Origin: an uncultured Mycoplasmatota bacterium
GTDB lineage: Bacteria; Bacillota_I; Bacilli_A; Mycoplasmatales; Mycoplasmoidaceae
Assembly (NCBI GenBank): GCA_949517355.1
Contig: CATDIL010000004.1
Location: 1,738 to 65,737, forward strand
Direction: 5' to 3'
Length of the DNA: 64,000 bases
How positions within the stretch are numbered: the first letter of the stretch is position 1; every line of letters starts with the position of its first letter. Shown piece by piece: positions 12,048-24,531 of the stretch. The position numbers and the translations under genes were made by a program. Below the pieces are notes generated by a model that was not told the origin of the DNA, did not search any database, and was given only the letters and a program-made list of their open reading frames with translations.

Positions 12048-14618
12048 ATGTTAAGTCCAAGAACTAGTGTCTTCGCCCCAAGAAGAAGAATATTAAAAAA
12101 AGCAAAATTATTAGCTACAAAAGTTGAAAGTTATGTTGATCATTTTAGAAAAATGCCTAATGCGCAATTATCTAATATGACTAATGTTTTTATTAAACGT
12201 TTGGAAAAGGGCGAAACATTAGATGATATCTTACCTGAAGCATTTGCTGTTGCTAGAGAAGCAATTTATCGTGTAACTGGAATGTTTGCTTTTAAAGTGC
12301 AAATTATTGGTGCTATTGTTGCACACCAAGGTGATTTTGCTGAAATGTATACTGGTGAAGGTAAAACATTAACTGTTGTTATTGTTTCATATTTAAACGC
12401 TTTATCTAAACAAGGTGTGCATGTTGTTACTGTAAACGAATATTTAGTTGAACGTGATGCTAGATTCTGTGCACAATGTTTAAACCCATTAGGAATCACC
12501 GTTGGATACAACTTAGCTTCATTTAGACCTGAAGAAAAAAAGAAAATGTATGCGTGCGATATCACTTATACAACTAACTCTGAATTAGGATTTGATTATC
12601 TTCGTGATAACATGGTGAGAAAATATGAAGAAAAAGTTATTCGTGGATTAAACTTTGCTATTATCGATGAAGCAGACTCTGTATTAATTGATGAAGCTAG
12701 AACTCCATTAATCATTTCTGGTCAACCTAAAAAAGATGTTTCGATGTATGTTGAAGTTGATGAGTTCGTTAAGACTTTATCAAAAAACGATTACAAAATT
12801 GAACCTGAATCGAATGCTATTTCGTTAACTGATTCTGGTGTTGCTAAAACAAATCAACATTATCGCATTAAAAATTTGTTTGATTTTGCAAACTCTGAAT
12901 TACTACATAAAATTAAAAACGCAATGACTGCAAACTTTGTTTTCCAAAATGGTGTTGAATACGTTGTTAAAGAAAATAAAATTTTACTAGTTGATCACTT
13001 TACAGGTCGTATTCTAGAAGGACGTAGCTATAATGCTGGTTTACAACAAGCTATTCAAGCAAAAGAATATGTTAAAATTGAACCAGAAAACATTACAGTT
13101 GCAACTATTACATATCAATCATTCTTCCGTTTATATAAAAAGATTTGTGGTTTATCTGGTACAGCTTTAACTGAAGAAGAAGAATTTTTAAAAATTTATA
13201 ACATGGTTGTTGTTCCTATTCCAACAAATAAACCTGTTATCAGAAAAGACTTAAATGATTATGTTTTTTCTAACAAACCAAGTAAATGAAAGCACGTTGT
13301 AGCTGAAATTGAAAAAATTCATGCAACTGGTCAACCTATTCTTGTTGGTACAGCTTCTGTAGAAGATTCAGAAGATTTATCTCATTATTTAAGAAATAAA
13401 GGATTAAGATTCGAGTTGTTAAACGCCAAGAACAATGCACGTGAAGCTGAAATTGTAAAAAATGCTGGTCAAAGAGGTGCTATTACAATTTCTACTAATA
13501 TGGCTGGTCGTGGTACAGATATTAAGTTAGGTGAAGGAATTGCTGAACTTGGTGGTTTATATGTTATTGGCACAGAACACAACGAATCAAGACGTATTGA
13601 TAACCAATTAAGAGGACGTTCTGGTAGACAAGGTGACCCAGGTATCACTAGATTCTTTATTTCATTGGATGATATGTTGTTCAAACGTTTTGCTACTGAA
13701 AAGCAAGACAAGGCAAACATTAAAGTAGAAGATGATGAATATTATGATTCATGATTCTTTACAAAACTATTAAACTCTACTCAAAAGAAAGTTGAAGGAT
13801 TAAATTTTGATACTCGTAAAAATTTAATTGATTACGATAGTGTTTTGACTAACCAAAGAGAATTGGTTTATACACAACGTAACCAAATTCTTTTAGGAAA
13901 AGAAAATTCAGATATTCTTAAAGGAATGGCTAAGGTTGTAGCATATGATTTAGCTAGAATGTTTAAAAATCCTGATAATGAAGTTCACATTAACGCTAAC
14001 AGAGTTGCTGAAGCAATTAATAAAAGTATATTTAACACTCCTATTATTACTTATCACTTTTTCGAAAACAAAACAATTGAACAAGGTGAAAAAATTATTT
14101 TTGAAATTCTTTGATTAAGCGTTCAAAATAGAATTAAATTATTAAAACCAGAAGCAGCTCAAAACATTTTAAGAGATTTAATGATTCAATGTTTGGACTA
14201 TCAATGAACTAGTCACCTAGACAGAATTATTAAAATTCGTGAAGGTGTTCAATTGCGTTCTTTAGAACAACGTTCTCCATTAAATATTTACGTTGAAGAA
14301 GCAGATTGAAACTTTAATGAGATGAAAAAGAATATTGCTCACCAAGTAATTGTTTCATTACACAGAATCTTTATTCCTAAAGTAAATGAAGAATTAAGAA
14401 AAGAATTAGAAAAGATTCTGCCAAAACTAAATTTAACTTCTGAGGCTTTAGTTGAAAACCCTAAAGTTGATGATATCAAAATTGAAGAAGTTTTTAATAG
14501 TAAACCTGATCTTAAGATTAACACTAACCCTAAATTGCCTACCGATAAACATAAAGGTGATGCAAAACAAGAATTATTAAAGAAAATGAATGAACAAAAA
14601 AAGAAGCAATCAAAATAA
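12048..14618 (+). CDS. secA: Preprotein translocase ATPase SecA
   Basis: Four track pieces (12048, 13416, 13845, 14322) share one frame and are joined by [25 protein letters not shown] and [15 protein letters not shown] motifs are present. Confidence 0.97.
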
Positions 14619-15629
14619 TTACTTCTTTGTTTGCTTTATACTTTTTGTTTGTCTTCAATAAGAAAACGTTTGTGGTATTGTTTCAAATTTCTTTCATCAA
14701 GAGTTGTGATAAATATCTAAAGGAATATCATATTTAATATGCAACATTTGCATATATTCATATTTAATTTTTTGTTTTTGTATTTTTGTTTGTTTGTTAT
14801 TAAGTTTAATTTTATATTTTGAAATAAAAGAACCAGCACCAATAGATATTGCAGAAAATATTGCTCTTAATTTTTTATCATCTTTTAAGAAGCCTTTTTT
14901 CTTGGATAAGTCTAATAAATAATCTACTTGTAACAGCATGTCTCTAAGAGTATCAATCTTGCCTTTTTTAATTGATGATAATTTGCCAGTGTTTACTTTG
15001 TAATAGTAATAACCTATTTTAGGAATTGGCATAAATTTTTTAGTACACAAGACAACATAAGGCATAAATCCTAAATCTTCACAAGTCCGTGCATATGGAC
15101 AAAAAGTTTTCTTTAAAGATAGAAAATATTTTCTATTAATAAAATATCCTCATGGAACAAATAGATTTTTTTCAGTAAATGTAATAGGAGTAGTGTTTCT
15201 ATTAAAGTTATTTGAGCAAATGTTATGGAACCGAATATTACCTTTTAAACCAAAGCGAACCATTGATTTAAATGGTGCTACATCGCATTTAACTCCACTA
15301 CCATTTGCTCTTTTGACAAATTCTTCACAAATTTTTAAATCTAATTCATCATCATCATCCAAAAATGTAAAATATTCTCCTCTACTATTTTTGATAAGTA
15401 CATTTCTATTCATGGAAATGCCTAAATTAATCTTGTTATTAATTAATTTAATCCTACTGTCTTTTTTTATATATTGTTTAATGATTTTAGCGGTATTGTC
15501 ACTACTACAATCATTAACACAAACAATCTCAATATTTTTAAAAGTCTGATTAATTGCGCTGTCCAAAGCTCTTTTAATTGTTTTTTCAGCATTATATGAT
15601 GCAATTAATATTGAAATCTTTGGAATCAT
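14619..15629 (-). CDS. Glycosyltransferase family 2 (copy b, paralog of 8974..9969)
   Basis: ORFs 15150..15629 and 14697..15065 share a frame. The C-terminus extends through TGA TGA to TAA at 14621..14619. ISILIASYNAEKTIKRALDSAINQTF...NDCS...FLDDDD is present. It shares the MPYV.L..KKF and SWWKK blocks with copy a. Confidence 0.9.
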
Positions 15630-15654
15630 AATATAGTAATATTATTATATAGAT

Positions 15655-17634
15655 ATGGATAGTTTTAAACTTACTACAGATAAAACTCCAAAAGGTGATC
15701 AACCAAACGCCATTAAACAACTTACTAATAACATTAAAAAAGGAATTAAATCTCAAGTGTTATTAGGAGCAACTGGTACTGGTAAAACCTTTACTATTGC
15801 TAATGTAATTAAAAATACCCAAAAAAATACATTAGTTATTGTTCATAACAAAACATTGGCAGCTCAACTATATTCTGAATTTAAAGAATTATTTAAAGAT
15901 AACAAAGTAGAATATTTTGTTTCGTATTTTGATTTTTATCAACCTGAAGCTTATATTCCTAGAACTGATACATATATTGAAAAATCTGCTCAACAAAATC
16001 AAGAAATTGAAATGTTAAGACTTTCTACAATCAATTCTTTAGCTACTGAAAAAAGAGTTATAGTTGTTGCTTCTGTTGCATCTATTTATGCATCAGTAGC
16101 CCCTGAAGATTTTAATGTTTTCAGAATAATTCTTACTAAAGATCAACAGATGAACATGAAACAATTCACTTATGATCTTGTAAGGTTACAATATCATAGA
16201 AATAATATTGATTTGTCTCCTGGTACATTTAGAAAAAAGGGAGATGTAATAGAAATAGCACCTGGTTATGCTGATAACTATTATTTAAGAATTTCATTCT
16301 TTGGTGATCAAATTGAAGATATTGCAAAGATAGATGTTTTAACTGGAACTGTTATAGAAAAACTAAAAATTTGCGTTATCGCTCCAGCTAATGAATACAT
16401 CATGAACCATGATCGTATGGAAGAATCAGTTAAAAGAATTAAAGAAGAATTGGTTGAAACTGAAAAGAAATTTAGATTAGAAAATAAATTACTTGAAGCT
16501 CAAAGAATTCACGAAAGAACTTTAAGAGATGTAGAATCTATCCAAGAATTGGGATATTGCCCTGGCATTGAAAATTATTCAAGACACCTTGAATTAAGAA
16601 AAGAAGGTCAAACCCCTTATACTTTATTTGATTATTTCAAAAACAATTGATTATTAGTTGTAGATGAATCTCACATGACTATCCCTCAGGTTCGTGGTAT
16701 GTATAACACTGATAGATCTAGAAAAGAAACACTAGTTAAATATGGTTTTAGATTGCCATCTGCATTAGATAATAGACCATTAAATTTTAAAGAGTTTAAT
16801 GATAAACTAGATAATGTTATTTATGTATCCGCTACTCCTAATGACTATGAAATTGAAAAATCTCATAATTGTGTAGTCGAACAAATTGTTAGACCTACAG
16901 GTCTATTAGATCCTAAAATTGAAATCCATTCATCTAAATATCAAATAGATGATTTGGTTATAGAATTACAAAAACAAGTTAAGAAAAAAGAAAGAACTTT
17001 CATTACTGTCTTAACTATTAAGATGGCAGAAAGTCTTACTGAATATTTACAAAAGCAAAAGTTTAAAGTTGCATATTTACATAACGAATTAAAAACTTTA
17101 GATCGTGCTAAAATCATTAATGATTTAAGACGTGGTAAATATGATGTATTAGTAGGAATTAACTTACTACGTGAAGGTTTAGATGTTCCTGAAGTATCAT
17201 TAGTTGCTATTATCGATGCAGATAAACCTGGTTTTTTTAGAAATGAAAAGGCACTTCTACAAACATTTGGTCGTGCAGCTAGAAATGCTAATGGTAGAGT
17301 AATTCTATATGCTGATACAACAACAGATGCTATGAGAATTGCAATCGACGAAACTAATAGACGTAGAAAAATTCAAGAAGAGTTTAATAAAAAGCATCAC
17401 ATTATCCCAAAGACAATTGTTAAACCAATCTTTGAGGATCTTAAATCTAAAGATGACCAAAAAGCTGTGGAAGCTATTTTCTATGCTAGAAATAAACCTA
17501 ATGCTGAAAAAGCAACTAAAGCTATTAATGTATTAAAAAAAGAAATGTTAGAAGCTGCAAAAAATCAAGAATATGAACGTGCAGCTTATCTAAGAGATTT
17601 AATGATTGATCTTCAAGAACAAATTAAAAAATAA
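15655..17634 (+). CDS. uvrB: Excinuclease ABC subunit B
   Basis: ORFs 15655..16650 and 16675..17634 share a frame via [12 protein letters not shown] and the helicase motifs DESH and LREGLD are present. Confidence 0.97.
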
Positions 17635-18396
17635 TTATTTTAAATTAAAAAATTTAATAGAGTTGTTAAATATTGTTATTTTTAATTCTTCCTCTGGAAT
17701 ATTTAATTCTTTTTGAATTGCTATAAATGTTTGTTTTACATAGTAAGGCATACAATCTTGACCTCTGTATGGAACGGGAGTTAAATATGGAGAATCGGTC
17801 TCGATTAATAATTTATCAATTGGAATTAAGTGAAGTAATTGTCTTAGTTCATCACTCTTTTTAAAAGTAATAATTCCTGATATCGAAATGTAGCAACCAA
17901 TCGATAAATAATTTAATAAATCTTGTTTGTTACCAGTAAAACAATGAATTAAAATTTTTAAACCATATGCATATTTTCTTAATATATCAAATGTATCTTC
18001 CCCTGCGTCTCTTGTGTGAACTATTAATGGAAGATTAAGTTTTTTTGCTAAATTAATATGATTGATAAAAGATTTAACTTGTTTTTCTTTATCATATGGA
18101 ATAAAGTGATAGTCTAATCCAGTTTCACCAATTCCTACTACTTTATTTGATTTAGCTAATGATTCAATTTCTTTAACCTCTTTGTCTGTATCATTAACAT
18201 CAGATGGATGAATACCAATTATTGCATAACAATTCTTATATTTATTTGCTTGCTCAACACAAATCCTAGAAGTTTCAAGATCAACACCAATATTGTTCAT
18301 AATAACTTCTTGTTTATCACATTCAGTTATTATTTCATCTGCTTTTTCTAATAATGGTGAACAACACAAATGACAATGAGTATCGTAAAACTTCAT
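17635..18396 (-). CDS. TatD-family metal-dependent DNase/hydrolase
   Basis: Intact 253-aa ORF. MKFYDTHCHL... and GETGLDY are TatD hallmarks. Confidence 0.9.
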   Translation of the reverse strand: MKFYDTHCHLCCSPLLEKADEIITECDKQEVIMNNIGVDLETSRICVEQANKYKNCYAIIGIHPSDVNDTDKEVKEIESLAKSNKVVGIGETGLDYHFIPYDKEKQVKSFINHINLAKKLNLPLIVHTRDAGEDTFDILRKYAYGLKILIHCFTGNKQDLLNYLSIGCYISISGIITFKKSDELRQLLHLIPIDKLLIETDSPYLTPVPYRGQDCMPYYVKQTFIAIQKELNIPEEELKITIFNNSIKFFNLK

Positions 18397-18397
18397 A

Positions 18398-19723
18398 TTA
18401 TTTACCTACACAAAATTTATTAAATAATTCATCAACAAACGATAAATCATTTGAAAGACCCAAAATAGTCACAAGAATATCAATACATTCTTTTAAATCA
18501 GTAGTTAATAATTCTGTATTAATGTTTTTGTCATATATTTGTTTAGCATTCATCAAATGATTTAGTGCTTTAGATAGTAAAGCAACTGATTCTTGTGATT
18601 GAAGAAGAATCTTACTTGTAAGATCTAATGTATTAATATTTTTATAAGAAGATAAATATTCAATTAATTTATTAATTTGTTTTTTCTTTGCTGATATTTT
18701 GATTCCATTAATTTTGTTTTTGTTAGCAACATCAGTTTTATTTAATACAGTTATGTTTTGTTTTTTAGAAACAAGTTTTAATAGTTGTTTATCTTGTTTA
18801 TCTAATAACTTAGAATTATCTAAAACAAGTATTACAAGATCTGCTTTATTGATTGAATCTTTTGATTTCTTAATACCAATAGATTCAATCTTACTCTTTG
18901 TATTTCTAATACCTGCTGTATCAACAAAAATATATTTTATTCCGTTGATAATACATGAAGATTCAATTGCATCTCTTGTAGTTCCTGGAATGTTTGTAAC
19001 TATTGCTTTGTCTTCTTTTAACAAAGCATTTAATAAAGATGATTTTCCTACATTAGGTTTGCCAACGATTGCTACTTTAATACCGTCTTTAATGTTTAAA
19101 ACATTAGATGAATCAGAAATAATTCTTTGAAATGTTTTAATTGAATCATTAAAAATTTTATTAATTTGCTCTTTAGATACATCAGGAGTAGAATCATATT
19201 CTGGATAATCGATTGACACTTCAACTTGACCTAAAATTTTAAATATTTCATCTCTTGTATTTTTTAAAACTTTATTAGTTTTATCACTTAATCCGTTAAG
19301 AGCAACATCAATAGCTAAATCACTTGATGAATTAATTAAATTATTAATTGCTTCAGATTGAATTAAAGAGATTTTGCCATTTAAAAAAGCACGTTTAGTA
19401 AATTCACCTCTTTTAGCTAATGAACACCCTGATTTAATTAATGAATCAATAATTTTATTAACCACATATAAACTACCATGACAGTTAATTTCAATTAAAT
19501 CTTCTCCTGTATAAGATTTTGGACAAACAAATTTATTAAGTAATACTTCATCAATTTTTTGTTTGCCGTTATAAATATCAACTTTTTGAATTGTATAACC
19601 CTTCATTTCAATTCTAGGCTTACAAATCTTTTGTAAACACTCAAAAGTTTTATCACCAGAAACCCTGATAATATGTATTGCTGATTTAAAATTTGGTGTT
19701 GATAAAGCTACAATTGTTTTCAT
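18398..19723 (-). CDS. mnmE: tRNA modification GTPase MnmE
   Basis: Intact 441-aa ORF. The G1 motif GKPNVGKSSL, DTAGIR and the C-terminal FCVGK are present. Confidence 0.95.
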   Translation of the reverse strand: MKTIVALSTPNFKSAIHIIRVSGDKTFECLQKICKPRIEMKGYTIQKVDIYNGKQKIDEVLLNKFVCPKSYTGEDLIEINCHGSLYVVNKIIDSLIKSGCSLAKRGEFTKRAFLNGKISLIQSEAINNLINSSSDLAIDVALNGLSDKTNKVLKNTRDEIFKILGQVEVSIDYPEYDSTPDVSKEQINKIFNDSIKTFQRIISDSSNVLNIKDGIKVAIVGKPNVGKSSLLNALLKEDKAIVTNIPGTTRDAIESSCIINGIKYIFVDTAGIRNTKSKIESIGIKKSKDSINKADLVILVLDNSKLLDKQDKQLLKLVSKKQNITVLNKTDVANKNKINGIKISAKKKQINKLIEYLSSYKNINTLDLTSKILLQSQESVALLSKALNHLMNAKQIYDKNINTELLTTDLKECIDILVTILGLSNDLSFVDELFNKFCVGK

Positions 19724-20532
19724 TATTTGATGGTATTTAATATTTTATTAAAAAATAAAACTTTATTAGGATTAAATTTGATCAATTTTTGTAATTTGTT
19801 TAGTTCAATAATCATATTCGGATAAAACTTGATCAAAATTAATAAAATTTTGTTAATCTTACTGTATGAAAATTTTTTAAATTCATCACACATGTCCTTC
19901 ATTAATTTAAGATTAGATTCACATTCAGATAAGTTAGAAACAAATTCATAATTATCTTGTAATTCTTTGTTTTGTAAATCTAAGTCTAATTCATTAATTA
20001 AGTAATATGTTTCGCATGCTTTAATTAATTTGTCATCTTTAATCTTGTATCTGTTGATAACATCATTAAATTTGTTTTCGGATGGATCCACATAATACAA
20101 TTGACATCGACTTTTAATTGTTTCAAGAATTGAATTAGGAGATTTTGTAACAAAAATTGCATATGTATTTTTCGGAGGTTCTTCTAAAAATTTAAGTAAT
20201 GAGTTTGCAGCTTGTGCAGTAATATTCTCAACACCATAAATTACATAGAACTTTTGGTTTGTTTTTTCCACACCTGTATAAGAAAAAGAATTTTTAATAT
20301 TTAAAATATCTTCTTTTTTTATAGCTTCCTGAAAACCATTGATTTGAATAATATCACAATATTGTCATGAGTCAATTTTTTTACTATAAACTTGTTTATC
20401 TTCTTCTGGTAAATTATTTAATACAATCGACTTAATGTATTCTTTAAGTAAGGAATCAATATCTGCTTTTGTTGTGACACAAAATATCACAGCATGTGGT
20501 TTTATATGAGATTGGATAAAATCATCAAACAT
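19723..20532 (-). CDS. holB: DNA polymerase III subunit delta' (clamp-loader)
   Basis: ATG at 20532 is in frame with ORF 19723..20271 via TGA. NSLLKFLEEPP and TIKSRCQ motifs are present. It follows tmk, as in Firmicutes. Confidence 0.85.
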
Positions 20533-21181
20533 TATCTATCTCCTATTCTTTTAAGAACAACTTCTAAAGTGTCTTGATGAACTTTATCAATATTATTTTC
20601 AGCATTTATAGCAATAATTCTATCACTATATTTTTGAGCAATTATTTTGTAACCTTCATATACTTTTTTATGCATATCAAGAGTTTCACGATCTAATCTA
20701 TTAACATCTCTGTTTTTATTAGCTTGAATTCTTGCTAATCCTTTTTCTGGTTCAATCATTAATAAAATCGTGAAATTAGGCATAGTATTTAAAATAGCAA
20801 ATTTATTAATTTCTCAAATATTTTCCATGCCAATATTTCTAGCATATCCTTGGTAAACTAATGATGAATCGATGTAACGATCACAAAGAATTATTTTTCC
20901 AGATTCTAGATTAGGGATAATAAAATCTTTTACATGTTGAGCACGAGAAGCTGCAAATAACAAAGCTTCTGTACGATCAGAAATTTTGTAGTTTATTTTA
21001 TTTAATAAAATATTCCTAATATCTTCAGCAATAATGTTATTTTTACCACCAGGTTCTCTTGTTAACACTATATTTTCTTGACCAAACTTCTTTTGTAAAT
21101 CTTGATATATTAAATTAATGATTGTGGTTTTACCACAACCATCTGGGCCTTCAAATGTAATGAATATACCCCTCTTAGACA

Positions 21182-21182
<1 letters not shown>
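20532..21182 (-). CDS. tmk: Thymidylate kinase
   Basis: ORFs 20814..21182 and 20532..20783 share a frame via TGA. The P-loop [11 protein letters not shown] and the DRY motif are present. Confidence 0.93.
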
Positions 21183-22453
<1,271 letters not shown>

Positions 22454-22498
22454 AATAATAGTTATTATATATATAATAACTTTTATAAATAATATAGT

Positions 22499-22828
22499 AT
22501 GGGAAAGTCTAAAATCACTCTAGAATTAGAAGATGAAATTGTTGCAAAAATTAGAGAAATAATGGAAAAAAACAATAATAGTCCATTAGGATCTATGAAA
22601 AAATTCAATAATATTGAAGAATTTCTTGCAACCGTTATTACTTCTCAAATCCAAAATGCAGGTAAAATGGAAAAAATGTCTGAAAAATTGAAAGAAAGTA
22701 TTCAAAAACTTTCTCAAAGTTTAGGAGACATGGGGATAAACCCAGAAGATTTTAATCAAATATTTGGTGATATTGAAAAACCAAAAGAAAACACTGAAAC
22801 AAAACCAGACAAAAATAATAAAAATTAA
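22499..22828 (+). CDS. Small acidic hypothetical protein (109 aa)
   Basis: Intact ORF with no TGA. The N-terminal KITLELEDEIVAKIRE is faintly ribbon-helix-helix-like. I recognise no family. Confidence 0.5.
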   Translation: MGKSKITLELEDEIVAKIREIMEKNNNSPLGSMKKFNNIEEFLATVITSQIQNAGKMEKMSEKLKESIQKLSQSLGDMGINPEDFNQIFGDIEKPKENTETKPDKNNKN

Positions 22829-22830
22829 TA

Positions 22831-23793
22831 ATGAAATTATCTTTTATATATCACGTTAATAGTAACTGAGAAACGCTAGAAAAATCTATAAACTCTATCT
22901 TTAATCAAACTAATAAAAATTTTGAGTTAATTTTTGTTTATGATGACCCAAACAATAATGTTGTAAATGAAGTATTGAAATTTAAATTTGATAAAATAAA
23001 AAATTTTAAATTTATTTCTACCAACCAAAAAATTGGTCACTCATGATCTTTTAATTCAGGATTAGAACTAGCACAAGGTGACTACGTTTATTACCTAGGT
23101 AGTAACGTTACTATAGATAAAGATTTTGTTAAAAATATTTTAAATTTAATTGAAAAAAATAAAGGTTGTGATTTTATTATTTTAAATAATAGAGAAAACA
23201 AAATTTCAACAAAAACCTTTAATAAAGTAGGGTTAGATTTATTTTCTGTATTAACTCCATCAATTAAAAACAAAATTTATAATATTAAATTTTTAAGAAA
23301 AAATAAGATTCATTTTGAATTATTTAAATACTATCCTTTAACTCATTTATTAAAATGTGTAGATTGCATGAAACAAGCCGTTTGATACAACAATCCTAAT
23401 TTAGTTACATTTGCTGATAACAAGAAATTTTCTTACAACTTATACAATATCTTTGAACAATCAACTTATTTAATTGAAAACAAAGACAACTTTAATTTTT
23501 TAAAAAATAATAAAGACAATAATAATTATTTTGAATACATGATTATCTATTCAATTCTTTACTCGTTCTTATACAAGATACATCAGTCTTATTGAAAACC
23601 AACATCTTATTTTTCATCTAAGATTATTGGTAAAGCTCTGCACACATCAAATATTTGATTAACAAAATATATTCCTAATTGAAGAGATAATCCTGTTATT
23701 ACAAACAACTTGTTTAAACAAATTAAAAATTTAAATAAATACTTTAAAGATTTTAAATTCAAATTGATATATATACACGATTTCTTTAAATAA
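22831..23793 (+). CDS. GT2-like glycosyltransferase homolog with a degenerate DxD motif
   Basis: The ORF runs from ATG 22831 to TAA 23791 and is open only with TGA = Trp, so it is absent from the track. NSIFNQTNKNFELIFVYDD is a GT2-like N-terminus, but the expected FLDSDD position reads YYLGSN. Confidence 0.65.
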
Positions 23794-24530
23794 TGAATAT
23801 ATCAAAACAGACTAATAATAAAACTAGATATTTTTTAGCACCAGCTTGAACAAGACTTTTTGCTCGTGTTCTTGATTTATTGTTTTTATTTTTAGTCCTA
23901 TTTTTATTGTTGTTTATTGTGTTCGCTATTGGTAATAATGATTTCCTGCGTGACAAACATTTTTTTGACAACACACCTGCATGAAAATACTTTATCTTCT
24001 CTTTGTTTTCATGCGCTTTAATCTTTGGCTATTTTGTTTGTTTACCACTTATTTGAAGTGGTAAAACAATTGGATGCTGAATTTGTAAAATATGTGTTGT
24101 CAACACTCATATTTTTGACACAAAATTTATCGGATTAATTAAGAGAGAGATTTTTTTATCTGAATCATTTGCTGTTATCTCGTTAATTTTAGGAACAACA
24201 TTAGTTTCACTAGGAGATACTAATGCTGGGTTATTGCTTAAAGCAATGGTGCAAGGTGAACACAATGCTTTTTCTGATGCTACTGTAGTATTTGAAGCAT
24301 TATATTATGTCTCAGGCATTATGTTGTTTGTATGTATTTTATGGATGTTTGTAAGAAACAAAAAAAGATGTCTACAAGATATTATTAGCGACACTATTAC
24401 TATTAAACTTAATACACAAAGTGACACAGCTAATAGCAAAACTAATGCTAAAATAAAGACTTCTACCAAGAATTACAAGTTACCAGGTGAAGTAGAATCA
24501 ATTGATTTAGGAGAAATAAGCGAAGAATAA
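23793..24530 (+). CDS. RDD-family membrane protein
   Basis: ATG at 23793 overlaps the upstream stop and is in frame with ORF 24234..24530. [30 protein letters not shown] and LQDIISDT blocks are typical of RDD proteins. Confidence 0.7.
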
Positions 24531-24531
24531 T

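Noticed and set aside
12266-13720. Antisense ORFs 12266..12565 and 13469..13720 within secA.
   Set aside because: They sit opposite a highly conserved gene, with no motifs and no start context.
15193-15549. 118-aa plus-strand ORF opposite GT2b.
   Set aside because: It is an antisense shadow of a clear GT2 gene, giving a low-complexity S/L/F-rich product.
18699-19130. 143-aa plus-strand ORF opposite mnmE.
   Set aside because: It is an antisense shadow ORF. mnmE is intact and conserved on the other strand.
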